A DNA stretch of 32,000 nt from Pseudomonas aeruginosa (GCF_001457615.1 NZ_LN831024.1:2280001-2312000); one strand, 5' to 3'. Counted from the first letter of the stretch, positions 1 to 10,352 are shown. Program-made: numbers and translations. The notes: generated by a model from the sequence alone, not told the origin.

Positions 1-578
<578 letters not shown>

Positions 579-658
579 TCAGGTTGATGGGGCCGAGGGG
601 CGCGTCCTGCCAGCCATCGCCCGAATCCTTCCGGGAGAACCGCTTCGCTGTCCCTTGC

Positions 659-673
659 GCAGGAACCGTGCCA
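659..673 (-). promoter_or_regulatory. Candidate sigma-54 (-24/-12) promoter of lipA
   Basis: The minus strand reads TGGCACGGTTCCTGC. This fits TGGCAC-N5-yTGC with exactly 10 nt between the GG and GC doublets, about 95 nt upstream of the lipA ATG. Confidence 0.7.
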
Positions 674-761
674 GCTTCGGCTTTTTTCCTCCAGGCCAGG
701 AAATCCGCGGCTTCCTGGCGGCCGGTCATAACCTGCGTGGCAGAGCGGAAGAGGCGGGTTG

Positions 762-1310
762 TTACGGCGCGAAACGCTCGTTTGAATCTTCCCCGCACAA
801 CGCCCAGCGACCGAGTGTGCGGTAGCGCACGCCCGCGGCGTCGTTTTGCGAGCAAAACAGGCTGAAATGGTCGACCTGCCATACGAAGGTTGGGGGTGGC
901 GGGGCGTCCTCCAGCGGCGCGGCATCGCGAGCCAGGGTCAGATGGGCGCTGAATGAGCGGGTTTCCACGGGCAGCTCCAGTTCGGCAAGGCCGGAGCGCA
1001 GGGCGCGGCGCAGGCGCAGGAGGGCGCCGGGCGGTTGGCTGGGGGCCAGCAGCAGGATGCCGTTTCTCCAGCGCAGCAGGCGGTCGAGATACAGGTCGAA
1101 GGGCGCGGCCTCGATGGCCGCGGCCATGTCCAGCAGGGCCTCGAGCCGAGCGGACGGGACCTGCCCGAGGAAGGCCAGGGTCAGGTGCAGGTTCGCCGTC
1201 GCCACCTGGCGTCCGGGCAGTGGCCGGTCATCGCGCCACCGGCCGATCCGCTCGGCGAGGGGAGGTGGGCAGGGCAGGGCGAAGAACAGGCGAAGAAAGC
1301 GATCGGGCAT
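762..1310 (-). CDS. thpR: RNA 2',3'-cyclic phosphodiesterase (LigT/ThpR, 2H phosphoesterase family)
   Basis: MPDRFLRLFFALPCPPPLAERI..., with the two HxT-type motifs HLTLAFLG and HLTLARD. The start was moved in from the track's 1343 to the MPDRF methionine. Confidence 0.88.
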   Translation of the reverse strand: MPDRFLRLFFALPCPPPLAERIGRWRDDRPLPGRQVATANLHLTLAFLGQVPSARLEALLDMAAAIEAAPFDLYLDRLLRWRNGILLLAPSQPPGALLRLRRALRSGLAELELPVETRSFSAHLTLARDAAPLEDAPPPPTFVWQVDHFSLFCSQNDAAGVRYRTLGRWALCGEDSNERFAP

Positions 1311-1486
1311 GGGCGCCTCCGCGTGTTTCTTGACAGTCTCCATGCGGCTTTTCTAGGATGCGCGTGCGCCGATTTAAACAGCAACTTGCGGGGCGCCCGG
1401 CAGCAGCCGAAATACCGCTAAAGCGCTGGCTCGGTGTTGCCTCTCACCGCTGTCCAGCGGGACCGAAGAGGCGGAGACATGACGTC

Positions 1487-1804
1487 ATGACCTGTCCCAG
1501 CACGCAATTGCGCCTGGCACCCATCACCACCGGCCTGGTCCGGCGGAACCCGAGGATTCTCCTCAGCGGCCCGCACCAGCCGACCCTCGTCCGTTACCTC
1601 GAAGGCTGGCCGAAGCGCTGGAACGGTTCGCGTACCTTCCTTATCCAGTTCGCCCAGGACGGCAAGGACCTGGCGCGCTTCCCCAGCGACGCGTTCGACT
1701 TCGCCGTGGTCCAGGCCCCCGAGGCGGAAGACCTGGACCTGGTGGTCCGGCAACTGATCCGGGTCGCCCGCCAGGGCCTGATCACCCGCCGCATCCTGCG
1801 CTGA
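1487..1804 (+). CDS. Conserved hypothetical protein with a weak methyltransferase-like C-terminal look
   Basis: MTCPSTQLRLAPITTGLVRRNPRILLSGPHQPTLVRYLEGW...FDFAVVQAPEAEDL. The first ATG after the intergenic region fits PAO1-like gene content. Confidence 0.65.
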   Translation: MTCPSTQLRLAPITTGLVRRNPRILLSGPHQPTLVRYLEGWPKRWNGSRTFLIQFAQDGKDLARFPSDAFDFAVVQAPEAEDLDLVVRQLIRVARQGLITRRILR

Positions 1805-1816
1805 GCGCGTGGCCTC

Positions 1817-2323
1817 TCAGGGCGCCGGCGGATACTCGATCTCGACGACGAACCAGAGCTTTTCCCCGGCCGGGGTGCGCACCAGCACCTCGGCGTCCAG
1901 CTCCTTGCCGACCAGTGCGCGGGCGAGCGGCGAGTCGATGCTGATCTGGTTGTTGCGCAGGTCCAGTTCGTCGGGGCCGACGATGCGATAGCGGGCCTGC
2001 TCGCCGTCTTCGTCTTCCAGGGTCACCCAGGCGCCGAAGTACACCCGGTTCGGATCCGCCGGCCGCTCGCCGACCACTTTCAGGTTCTCCAGGCGCTTGC
2101 GCAGGAAGCGCACGCGGCTGTCGATCTCGCGCAGCATCTTCTTGCCGTAGATGTATTCGGCGTTTTCCGAGCGATCGCCGAGGGCGGCGGCTTCGCTGAC
2201 CGCCTGGGTCACCTGGGGTCGGCGCACGTGCCAGAGTTCATGCAGCTCTGCGCGTAACCGCGCGGCGCCCTCCGGAGTGATCAGCGGGGTGCCGGCGGTG
2301 CGCGGTGGACGATAGCGACTCAT
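1817..2323 (-). CDS. greB: Transcription elongation factor, GreA/GreB family (GreB type)
   Basis: [27 protein letters not shown]...[35 protein letters not shown] is the GreB coiled coil, followed by an FKBP-like C-terminal domain. Confidence 0.93.
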   Translation of the reverse strand: MSRYRPPRTAGTPLITPEGAARLRAELHELWHVRRPQVTQAVSEAAALGDRSENAEYIYGKKMLREIDSRVRFLRKRLENLKVVGERPADPNRVYFGAWVTLEDEDGEQARYRIVGPDELDLRNNQISIDSPLARALVGKELDAEVLVRTPAGEKLWFVVEIEYPPAP

Positions 2324-2374
2324 GGTTCGGGTGGTTCCACAAATGAACGGATGAAAGCCTGCCAGTGTATCCGA

Positions 2375-4876
2375 TCAGCCCTCGCGCAGGACCCGCAGCG
2401 GGCTGCTGTTGAGGGCGCGACGGGTACCCAGCAGGCCGGCGCCGCCTACCAGCACGGCGCCTACCAGAGGCAGCGCGAGCAACCAGGGGTGCGCTTGCCA
2501 CGGCAGGTCGAAGACCAGTCGGTAGAGCAGCAGGCTGACCGCCTCGCAGCCGAGCGCCGCGAGCAGGCCGCTGACTGCGCCGAGCAGGGCGAACTCGACC
2601 CGCCGGGTACGTTGCAGCAACTCGCGCTCGGCACCCAGCGCGCGCAGCAGGGCACCCTGGCGCACGCGCTCGTCGAGGGTCGCCTGGAGACCGGCGAAGA
2701 GCACCACGAAGCCCGCCGCGAGAACGAACACCAGCACGTACTCCACGGCCAGGGTGACCTGGTCGAGGATGCTCCGCAGCTGGCTCAGCAGGGCGTCTAC
2801 CGGCAGCAGGGTGACGGTGGGGAAGGCTCGGGCCAGTTCGATCAGGTCGCGTTCCTGGCTGGCCGGCAGGTAGAAGCTGGTCAGGTAGGTCACCGGCAGG
2901 TCGGTCAGGGTGCCGGGCTGGAAGACCATGAAGAAGTTCGGCTGGAAATTGTCCCACTTCACCTTGCGCAGGCTCTGGACCTGGACCTCGCGATTCTGCC
3001 CGGCGACGCTGAAGGTGAGCCGGTCGCCGACCTGGATACGCAGGTTGGCGGCCAGCTTCTCTTCCACCGACACGCCCGGCAGGGCCCCCGGCTGCGGCGC
3101 GCTCCACCAGCGTCCGGCGGTGAGCTGGTTGCCGGAGGGCAGTCGCTCTGACCAGGTCAGGCCGAGGTCGCGCTGCAGGGCACGCTCGCTGCGCACGTCT
3201 TCGTCGAGCGCCTGGACCGGCTTGCCGTTCACCGCTACCAGGCGCCCGGGAACCATGGGGAACAGCGGCTCGGCGCCGGGGGAGAGCTTTTGCACGCGAC
3301 GTTCGAAGGCGTCCTTTTCCGTCGGCAGGATGTTCAGGGCGAAATGGTTGGGGGCGTCCGGCGGCAACTGGGCCTGCCAGGTATCCAGCAGTTCGCCGCG
3401 AAGCAGGGCGATCAGGGCCATGGCCAGCAGGATCAGGCCGAAGGCCAGGCTCTGTCCGGCGGCGGCCAGCGGGTGCCGCAACAACTGGCCGAGTCCCAGC
3501 CGCCATGGCAGGCTGGCACGCGCCAGTGCCCGGCGCAGGCCGTTCAGGCCGAGCAGCAGGAGGGCGCCGAGCACCAGCGTGGCGACCAGGCCGCCGCCGA
3601 GCAGGGCGAGGGTCAGCTTCAGGTCGAGACTCAACCGCCACATGATCAGGCCCAGGGCGAGCAGGGCGCAGGCGTAGGCCATCCAGGTGCGCATCGGCAC
3701 CGGCAGCAGGTCGCTGCGCAGGACCCGCAACGGCGGTACCCGGCCCAGGGCTGCCAGCGGCGGCAGGGCGAAGCCGGCCAGTGCTACCAGGCCGGTGGCG
3801 ATCCCGGCGAAGGCGGGGAACAGGCCGCCGGCTGGTACGTCCGGCGGCAGCAGCGTGGCGAGCAGGCGGAACAGGCCGAGCTGCGCCAACCAGCCGAGCA
3901 GGGCGCCGATGGCGCTGGCGAGCAGGCCCAGCAGCAATAGTTGCAGCGCGTAGAGGAGCAGGGTTTCGCTGCGCGACAGACCGAGGCAGCGCAGCAGCGC
4001 GCTGGCGTCGTAGCGCCGTGCGGCGAAACGGGCGGCGGACAGCGCCACGGCGACGCCGGCGAGCAGCACCGCGGCCAGGCTGGCCAGGTTCAGGTAGCGC
4101 TCGGCACGGCCGAGGGCATCGCCCACCTGGCGGTTGCCGTCGCGGGCATCCTGCAGGCGCTGGTTGGCGGCGAGGCTGCCCTTGACCTGCTGGCGATAGG
4201 CCTGGAGGGCTTCCGGCGGGCCTTCCCACAGATCGCGGTAGCGCACCCGGCTGCCCGGCTGGACCACCCCGGTGGCATCGAGGTCGGCCAGGCTCATCAT
4301 GGCGCGGGGCGTCAGGCTGTAGAAGTCGCCGGCGCGGTCCGGCTCGTAGGTGAGGATGCGCGCGATGCGCAGCGGCTTGCGGCCGATCTCGATGCTGTCG
4401 CCGACCTTCAGGTCGAGGCTGACCAGCAGGCGCGATTCGACCCATACCTCGCCCGCCTGCGGACGACCGCCGGCCTGCTCGGCGGCGAACGGCGCGGCAG
4501 CGCTCTTGAGCTGCCCGCGCAGGGGGTAGCGGTCGCCGACCGCCTTGATGCTGCTGAGCTGGATGCCCTGGTCGGTGGCGATCACGCTGGAAAACTCGAC
4601 GCTGTCGGCGTGGCGCAGGCCCAGACGGGTGCCGCGTTCGATCTGTTCGGCGCTTGCCGGCTGGGTACCGTTGAGCACCAGGTCGGCGCCGAGGAACTCG
4701 GCGGCGCGGGCGAGCATGGCGCCGTTCAGGCGGGCACTGAAATAGCCGATGGCGGTGCTCGAGGCGACCGCGATCAGCAGGGCGAAGAACAGCACGCGCA
4801 GCTCGCCGCTGCGCGACTCGCGGAACAATTGGCGACCGGCGAGGCTCAGCAGGCGGGAGAGGGGCACCGGCTTCAT
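2375..4876 (-). CDS. Large ABC transporter permease with FtsX-like domains (YbbP/LolC-E-like)
   Basis: 833 aa with an N-terminal TM segment, a large periplasmic domain and several TM clusters ([39 protein letters not shown] is FtsX-like). Its start overlaps the stop of the ATPase gene (TGATG). Confidence 0.9.
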   Translation of the reverse strand: MKPVPLSRLLSLAGRQLFRESRSGELRVLFFALLIAVASSTAIGYFSARLNGAMLARAAEFLGADLVLNGTQPASAEQIERGTRLGLRHADSVEFSSVIATDQGIQLSSIKAVGDRYPLRGQLKSAAAPFAAEQAGGRPQAGEVWVESRLLVSLDLKVGDSIEIGRKPLRIARILTYEPDRAGDFYSLTPRAMMSLADLDATGVVQPGSRVRYRDLWEGPPEALQAYRQQVKGSLAANQRLQDARDGNRQVGDALGRAERYLNLASLAAVLLAGVAVALSAARFAARRYDASALLRCLGLSRSETLLLYALQLLLLGLLASAIGALLGWLAQLGLFRLLATLLPPDVPAGGLFPAFAGIATGLVALAGFALPPLAALGRVPPLRVLRSDLLPVPMRTWMAYACALLALGLIMWRLSLDLKLTLALLGGGLVATLVLGALLLLGLNGLRRALARASLPWRLGLGQLLRHPLAAAGQSLAFGLILLAMALIALLRGELLDTWQAQLPPDAPNHFALNILPTEKDAFERRVQKLSPGAEPLFPMVPGRLVAVNGKPVQALDEDVRSERALQRDLGLTWSERLPSGNQLTAGRWWSAPQPGALPGVSVEEKLAANLRIQVGDRLTFSVAGQNREVQVQSLRKVKWDNFQPNFFMVFQPGTLTDLPVTYLTSFYLPASQERDLIELARAFPTVTLLPVDALLSQLRSILDQVTLAVEYVLVFVLAAGFVVLFAGLQATLDERVRQGALLRALGAERELLQRTRRVEFALLGAVSGLLAALGCEAVSLLLYRLVFDLPWQAHPWLLALPLVGAVLVGGAGLLGTRRALNSSPLRVLREG

Positions 4877-5559
4877 CAGGGTTCGACCCGGTCGATCAGG
4901 CGTCCGCTTTCCAGACGGATCAGGCGCCGGCAGCGATGCGCCAGACGCTCGTCGTGGGTAACCAGGACCAGGGTGGTACCGCGTTCGCGGTTGAGTTCGA
5001 AGAGCAGGTCGCTGATCCGCTCGCCGGTGGCGCTGTCGAGGTTGCCGGTGGGTTCGTCGGCGAACAGCACGTCCGGCTCCGCCGCGAAGGCACGGGCAAT
5101 GGCGACCCGCTGCTGCTCGCCGCCGGAGAGCTGGCGCGGATAGTGGCCCAGGCGTTGGCCGAGGCCGACTCGCTCGAGCAGTTCTCTGGCGCGCTGGCGA
5201 GCGTCGGCGCGGCCTTCCAGCTCCAGGGGCAGCATCACGTTCTCCAGCGCATCGAGGCTGTCGAGCAACTGGAACGACTGGAACACGAAGCCTACATGGG
5301 CCGCGCGGACGCGCGCACGCTGGTCCTCGTCGAGGTCGCCGAGGGCGTGCCCGGCGAGACGGACCTCGCCGCCGCTGGGCTGGTCGAGCCCGGCGAGCAG
5401 GCCGAGCAGGGTCGACTTGCCGGAGCCGGAACTGCCGACGATCGCCAGGCTGTCGCCGCGGGCGAGGTCGAGGGAGAGGTCGTGGAGGATGGTCAACTTG
5501 CCTTCCGCGCTACCGACAACCTTGCTAAGGTTCTGCGCGTTGAGAATGCTGGCGCTCAT
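4876..5559 (-). CDS. ABC transporter ATP-binding protein (YbbA/LolD-like)
   Basis: Walker [10 protein letters not shown], signature [14 protein letters not shown], Walker [13 protein letters not shown] and H-loop VTHDE. Confidence 0.95.
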   Translation of the reverse strand: MSASILNAQNLSKVVGSAEGKLTILHDLSLDLARGDSLAIVGSSGSGKSTLLGLLAGLDQPSGGEVRLAGHALGDLDEDQRARVRAAHVGFVFQSFQLLDSLDALENVMLPLELEGRADARQRARELLERVGLGQRLGHYPRQLSGGEQQRVAIARAFAAEPDVLFADEPTGNLDSATGERISDLLFELNRERGTTLVLVTHDERLAHRCRRLIRLESGRLIDRVEP

Positions 5560-5569
5560 GGAGGTTCCG

Positions 5570-6175
5570 ATGCGTGCATTGCTGTTGAGCGGCTGCCTGG
5601 CCCTGGTCCTGCTGACCCAGCAGGCCGCGGCGCAGACGCTGTTGGTCGTGGGCGATAGTATCAGCGCCGCTTTGGGACTGGATACCAGCCAGGGCTGGGT
5701 CGCCCTGTTGCAGAAGCGCCTCGCCGACGAAGGTTACGACTACCGGGTGGTGAACGCCTCGATCAGCGGCGACACCTCCGCGGGCGGCCTGGCGCGCCTG
5801 CCGGCGCTGCTTGCCGAGGAGAAGCCGGCGCTGGTGGTGATCGAGCTGGGAGGCAACGACGGGCTGCGCGGAATGGCGCCGGCGCAATTGCAACAGAATC
5901 TTGCCAGCATGGCGCAAAAGGCCCGGGCGGAAGGGGCGAAGGTGCTGCTGCTGGGTATCCAGTTGCCGCCGAACTACGGCCCGCGCTACATCGAGGCCTT
6001 TTCCAGGGTCTACGGCGCGGTCGCGGCGCAGGAAAAGACCGCCCTGGTGCCGTTTTTCCTCGAAGGGGTCGGCGGGGTCCAGGGGATGATGCAGGCGGAT
6101 GGCATCCATCCGGCGCTCGCCGCCCAGCCGAGGCTCCTGGAAAATGTCTGGCCGACGCTGAAACCGCTGCTTTGA
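5570..6175 (+). CDS. tesA: Thioesterase I / lysophospholipase L1 / arylesterase (SGNH hydrolase, periplasmic)
   Basis: Signal peptide MRALLLSGCLALVLLTQQAAAQ, GDSISAALG block, GGNDGLRG block and DGIHP catalytic block. A GGAGGT ribosome-binding site lies directly upstream. Confidence 0.95.
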   Translation: MRALLLSGCLALVLLTQQAAAQTLLVVGDSISAALGLDTSQGWVALLQKRLADEGYDYRVVNASISGDTSAGGLARLPALLAEEKPALVVIELGGNDGLRGMAPAQLQQNLASMAQKARAEGAKVLLLGIQLPPNYGPRYIEAFSRVYGAVAAQEKTALVPFFLEGVGGVQGMMQADGIHPALAAQPRLLENVWPTLKPLL

Positions 6176-6230
6176 GACTTCCCCGGGAAACCGCTTTCGG
6201 CTAAGGTTGCGCACCCCTCAGGAGCCCCCC

Positions 6231-6509
6231 ATGCCGCGTCCCGCCTGGACCCTCTACGCCTATCAACTGATCGAGCCCGACGATCAGCTGGACCTGTTCG
6301 CCTGTCGCGAGGTCCGGGTGCATGTGGTGGCGCGTCAGCTGGAGCTGGATACCCCGGCGGACCGCACGCTTTGCGGCAAGCTGCTGCCGGCACAGCCGCG
6401 CTGGCAGCCGCTGGAACGGGCGCGTCTGCGCGACCGGCTGCTGTGTCCCGATTGCCGGAAACAACTGGAGGCGGAAAAGCGCGGGGAGCGCCTGTCCTGG
6501 TTGGTCTGA
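6231..6509 (+). CDS. Small conserved hypothetical protein with a CPxC pair
   Basis: 92-aa ORF MPRPAWTLYAYQLIEPDDQ...TLCGKLL...LLCPDCRKQLEAEKRG, with CAGGAG before the ATG. Confidence 0.65.
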   Translation: MPRPAWTLYAYQLIEPDDQLDLFACREVRVHVVARQLELDTPADRTLCGKLLPAQPRWQPLERARLRDRLLCPDCRKQLEAEKRGERLSWLV

Positions 6510-6586
6510 GCCCTCCCGGTGAAACCTGGCGGGGTGTTACACTGTCTTTCCTACTCCCTCATCGCACTCGCCAAGGATTCTCCGGA

Positions 6587-7558
6587 ATGTTGTCGCGCGT
6601 ACCCGTTGTCTCACTGTCTTTCGCCGCGCTGCTTTCGGCCGGCTCCGCATCGGCCCTGGAACTGCAGCTCCCGCCTCCGGGCGAGGACGTTGTCGGCCAG
6701 GTCCAGGTGATCAAGGCCAAGTACGAGGACACTTTCGCCGACCTCGGCGAGCAGTACAACCTGGGCTACAGCGAAATGGTCGCCGCCAACCCCGGCGTCG
6801 ATCCCTGGCTGCCGGGCGTCGGCACCGAGGTGATCATCCCGACCCGCTTCGTGCTGCCGCCTGGCCCGCGCGAAGGCGTGGTGATCAACCTGGCCGAGTA
6901 CCGCCTGTACTACTACCCGAAAGGGCAGAACGTGGTGCACACCTATCCGCTGGGCATCGGCCGCGAGGGCTGGGGTTCGCCGATCGCGAACACCCGCATC
7001 ACCGCCAAGACCAAGGACCCGGCCTGGTATCCGCCGGCCTCGATCCGCGCCGAGCACGCCGCCGATGGCGATCCGCTGCCGACCGTGGTGCCGCCGGGCC
7101 CGGACAATCCGCTGGGACCGTACAAGCTGACCCTGGGTGTGCCGGGCTACCTGATCCATGGTTCGAACAAGAAGTTCGGCATCGGCACCCGCACCAGCCA
7201 TGGCTGCTTCCGCATGTACAACGCCGACGTGACCCACCTGTTCTCGATGATCAGCGTCGGCACCAGCGTGCGTATCATCAACGAGCCCTACAAGTTCGGC
7301 GTGAGCAACGGCAAGGTCTACCTGGAGGCGCATACGCCGCTGAACGACCATGGCGACCCGTCGGTGGTGGATAAGCACACCGCGGTGATCAATACCCTGC
7401 TCAAGCGCGACGACCTGGCCAAGCGTATCCAGTTGAACTGGGACGTGGTCCGCGAAGTGGTGGCCTCGGAGGATGGCGTGCCGGTGGAAATCGCCCAGGA
7501 ATCGGCGCCGGCGATGACCGCGACGGTGGATAGCGATCCTACCCAGCTTACGCCCTGA
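6587..7558 (+). CDS. LysM + YkuD-type L,D-transpeptidase (ErfK/YbiS/YcfS/YnhG family)
   Basis: Signal peptide; LysM-like QVIKAKYEDTFADLGEQYNLGYSEMVAANPGVDPWLPGVGTEVIIPT; catalytic HGSNKKFGIGTRTSHGCFRMYN. Confidence 0.92.
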   Translation: MLSRVPVVSLSFAALLSAGSASALELQLPPPGEDVVGQVQVIKAKYEDTFADLGEQYNLGYSEMVAANPGVDPWLPGVGTEVIIPTRFVLPPGPREGVVINLAEYRLYYYPKGQNVVHTYPLGIGREGWGSPIANTRITAKTKDPAWYPPASIRAEHAADGDPLPTVVPPGPDNPLGPYKLTLGVPGYLIHGSNKKFGIGTRTSHGCFRMYNADVTHLFSMISVGTSVRIINEPYKFGVSNGKVYLEAHTPLNDHGDPSVVDKHTAVINTLLKRDDLAKRIQLNWDVVREVVASEDGVPVEIAQESAPAMTATVDSDPTQLTP

Positions 7559-7579
7559 CGGAGAGCGTCGAGGCAGAGG

Positions 7580-7610
7580 CCCGCGTACCCGCAAGGGACG
7601 CGGGTTTTTT
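7580..7610 (+). terminator. Rho-independent terminator of the L,D-transpeptidase gene
   Basis: CCCGCGT-ACCCGCAAGGG-ACGCGGG followed by TTTTTT, starting 21 nt after the stop codon. Confidence 0.85.
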
Positions 7611-7633
7611 CATGCCCGGCGAAACGCAGGCAT

Positions 7634-7662
7634 AAAAAAACCGGCCCCGAGGGACCGGTTTT
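7634..7662 (-). terminator. Rho-independent terminator of oprI
   Basis: The minus strand reads AAAACCGGTCCCTCGGGGCCGGTTTTTTT downstream of the oprI stop. Confidence 0.88.
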
Positions 7663-7681
7663 CAACAGGTCGTGAGACCTA

Positions 7682-7933
7682 TTACTTGCGGCTGGCTTTT
7701 TCCAGCATGCGCAGGGCACGCTCGTTAGCCTCGTCAGCGGTCTGCTGAGCTTTCTGAGCAGCGCCCAGAGCTTCGTCAGCCTTGCGATAGGCTTCGTCAG
7801 CGCGAGCCTGAGCACGAGCAGCTGCGTCTTCGGTAGCGGTCAGACGAGCTTCGGTTTCTTTGGAGTGGCTGCTGCAACCGGTGGCCAGAACAGCAGCCAG
7901 AGCCAGAGCAGAGAATTTCAGAACGTTGTTCAT
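7682..7933 (-). CDS. oprI: Outer membrane lipoprotein OprI (Braun-type lipoprotein)
   Basis: [83 protein letters not shown], with lipobox LATGC and C-terminal K. Confidence 0.98.
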
Positions 7934-8306
7934 CGTGTTCCCCTTAAGGTGGACATTTCCATAACAGCAATCTCCCCAGCCGGGGAAATTAGCCGGCTAC
8001 ATACTACCCATTACTTGTAGTAAGTAAACTGACCAAGCGCAAGCCGAGCAACTTTTTTTTTAGTCCCCCCGACTTTAGCAGTAGTTGGAGTGTCGTTTGT
8101 TCAAAAAATATCCAGCGTGCGGCGCAAGTAAGCAATTTCCCGGACCTTGGGTAGAGTTGCTGCAAGAGGCGGGGGATGAGGGCTGCCGGGTTGTCGAGAA
8201 TGTTCCGCCGGAGTGGCTGGCGCTTATCGACTTGGCGGGGAGTGGCAAGTAACAACTAAGTTGCCAGCATGTTGCCGGAAATGCCGTAAGTATTGGTGCG
8301 GAAATG

Positions 8307-8342
8307 AAAAAGGCCCGGCTAACTTGATTAGCCGGGCCTTCT
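8307..8342 (-). terminator. Rho-independent terminator downstream of tRNA-Ser
   Basis: The minus strand reads AAGGCCCGGCTAATCAAGTTAGCCGGGCCTTTTT: a 12-bp stem followed by a T tract, immediately after the tRNA. Confidence 0.85.
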
Positions 8343-8349
8343 TGCGATC

Positions 8350-8439
8350 TGGCGGTGAGGGAGGGATTCGAACCCTCGATACGGTTTCCCGTATACACAC
8401 TTTCCAGGCGTGCTCCTTCAACCACTCGGACACCTCACC
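8350..8439 (-). tRNA. tRNA-Ser, anticodon GGA, CCA encoded
   Basis: The minus strand reads GGTGAGGTGTCCGAGTGGTTGAAGGAGCACGCCTGGAAAGTGTGTATACGGGAAACCGTATCGAGGGTTCGAATCCCTCCCTCACCGCCA. It has a 7-bp acceptor stem, class II long variable arm, GGTTCGAATCC T-arm, G73 and encoded CCA (90 nt). Confidence 0.97.
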
Positions 8440-8595
8440 AGGTTCTCGACAGCGCCGTGTCTGTCGAGGCGCGCAATTTACTCGAACATTTCCCGCTTGG
8501 CAAATATTTTTTTAACTTTTTCATCGGCTTAGGTCGTCGGAGGAAAGTCCGCGGGGTGCCTTGGTAGACTGCCGGGCACGAATGAGGAGAGGCGG

Positions 8596-9726
8596 ATGGC
8601 GAGCTGGGACATTTTCTGTAGCGTGGTCGACAACTATGGCGACATCGGCGTCACCTGGCGCCTGGCTCGCCAACTGGCCGCCGAGCACGGTCAGGCGGTG
8701 CGCCTGTGGGTGGACGAGCCGCAGGCCTTCGCCCGGATCTGTCCGCGGGCGGACCCGGCGGCGCACGTGCAGAGCCTGGATGGGGTCGAAGTGCGTGCCT
8801 GGGGCCGGCCGTGGGCACCGGTGGCGGCCGCCGACGTGGTGATCGAGGCCTTCGCCTGCGAACTGCCGGAGGCGCACCGGCAGGCCATGCGCGAGCGCGA
8901 GCGGCCGTCCCTGTGGCTGAACCTGGAGTACCTGAGTGCCGAGGAATGGATCGGCAGTTGCCACGCATTGCCGTCGCTGCAGGCGTGCGGGCTTTCCAAG
9001 TACTTCTTCTTTCCCGGGTTCCGCGAGCCCAGTGGCGGCCTGTTGCGCGAGGCCGGCCTGCTGGAACGTCGGCGCCGTTTCCAGGCCTCTGCCTCGGCGC
9101 AGGATGAGTTTCTCGCCTCCCTCGGCGTGCGACGGAAGGTTGGCGAGCGACTGATTTCGCTGTTTGCCTACGAAAACCCGGCGCTGCCTGGCTGGCTGGA
9201 ACAACTGCGCGACGCCCGCCAGCCGAGCCTGCTGCTGGTGCCGGAGGGGCGGGTGCTGGCGGATGTCGCCGATTGGCTGCGGGTGGCTACGCTGGCCGTC
9301 GGGGACGTCCACGTGCGCGACGCGTTGCGGGTCCAGGTGCTGCCGTTCATGGCGCAGGACGACTACGATCGCCTGTTGTGGTGCTGCGACCTGAACGCGG
9401 TGCGCGGCGAGGACTCCTTCGTTCGCGCGCAGTGGGCGGGACGGCCGCTGCTCTGGCACATCTATAGACAGGAAGAGGAGGCGCACCTGGCGAAGCTCGA
9501 GGCATTCCTCGAACTCTATTGCGCCGGCCTGCCCGCCGACCTGGCGGAAAACCTGCGCACCTTCTGGCTGGCGTGGAACGTTGGCGGTGGACTTGCCGGG
9601 GCCTGGGAGGGGCTGGAGAGGCAACTGCCCGAGTGGCGTAGGGAAGCGCAGCGCTGGGCCGACGAACAGGGCATGCGTCCGGATCTTGCGGCAAGGCTGG
9701 TGCAATTTTACGCAGATTGGCTATGA
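8596..9726 (+). CDS. earP: EF-P arginine rhamnosyltransferase EarP (formerly DUF2331)
   Basis: MASWDIFCSVVDNYGDIGVTWRLARQLA... (VDNYGDIGVTWR motif) and C-terminal ...YCAGLPADLAENLRTFWLAWN. It lies immediately upstream of efp. Confidence 0.94.
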   Translation: MASWDIFCSVVDNYGDIGVTWRLARQLAAEHGQAVRLWVDEPQAFARICPRADPAAHVQSLDGVEVRAWGRPWAPVAAADVVIEAFACELPEAHRQAMRERERPSLWLNLEYLSAEEWIGSCHALPSLQACGLSKYFFFPGFREPSGGLLREAGLLERRRRFQASASAQDEFLASLGVRRKVGERLISLFAYENPALPGWLEQLRDARQPSLLLVPEGRVLADVADWLRVATLAVGDVHVRDALRVQVLPFMAQDDYDRLLWCCDLNAVRGEDSFVRAQWAGRPLLWHIYRQEEEAHLAKLEAFLELYCAGLPADLAENLRTFWLAWNVGGGLAGAWEGLERQLPEWRREAQRWADEQGMRPDLAARLVQFYADWL

Positions 9727-9768
9727 TACGCGGCCTGATTTTTTGTCTTTCATCCATCGGATATTCGT

Positions 9769-10335
9769 ATGAAAACCGCTCAAGAGTTCCGCGCCGGCCA
9801 GGTTGCCAACATCAATGGCGCTCCCTGGGTCATCCAGAAGGCCGAGTTCAACAAGTCCGGCCGTAACGCTGCCGTCGTCAAGATGAAGCTGAAGAACCTG
9901 CTGACCGGCGCCGGTACCGAGACCGTGTTCAAGGCCGACGACAAGCTGGAGCCGATCATCCTCGATCGCAAGGAAGTGACCTACTCCTACTTCGCCGACC
10001 CGCTGTACGTCTTCATGGACAGCGAGTTCAACCAGTACGAGATCGAGAAAGACGATCTGGAAGGCGTGCTGACCTTCATCGAAGACGGCATGACCGACAT
10101 CTGCGAAGCCGTGTTCTACAACGACAAGGTGATCTCGGTAGAGCTGCCGACCACCATCGTTCGCCAGATCGCCTACACCGAGCCGGCCGTCCGCGGCGAC
10201 ACCTCGGGCAAGGTGATGAAGACCGCGCGCCTGAACAACGGCGCCGAGCTGCAGGTTTCCGCGTTCTGCGAAATCGGCGACTCGATCGAGATCGATACCC
10301 GCACCGGCGAGTACAAGTCCCGCGTCAAGGCCTGA
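9769..10335 (+). CDS. efp: Translation elongation factor P
   Basis: [47 protein letters not shown]...[19 protein letters not shown] domains; the modification-site residue is Arg32. Confidence 0.98.
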   Translation: MKTAQEFRAGQVANINGAPWVIQKAEFNKSGRNAAVVKMKLKNLLTGAGTETVFKADDKLEPIILDRKEVTYSYFADPLYVFMDSEFNQYEIEKDDLEGVLTFIEDGMTDICEAVFYNDKVISVELPTTIVRQIAYTEPAVRGDTSGKVMKTARLNNGAELQVSAFCEIGDSIEIDTRTGEYKSRVKA

Positions 10336-10352
10336 TCCTTTCGTGCGACGAG

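Noticed and set aside
2238-4445. 735-aa ORF opposite in phase to the ABC permease
   Set aside because: Same-strand alternate frame of the FtsX-like permease with extreme R/P/G/A composition. High-GC frame artefact.
8350-8439. tRNA-Ser as a possible integrative-element attachment site
   Set aside because: Both flanks are core genes (oprI, earP). I saw no integrase and no repeated 3' tRNA fragment within the window.
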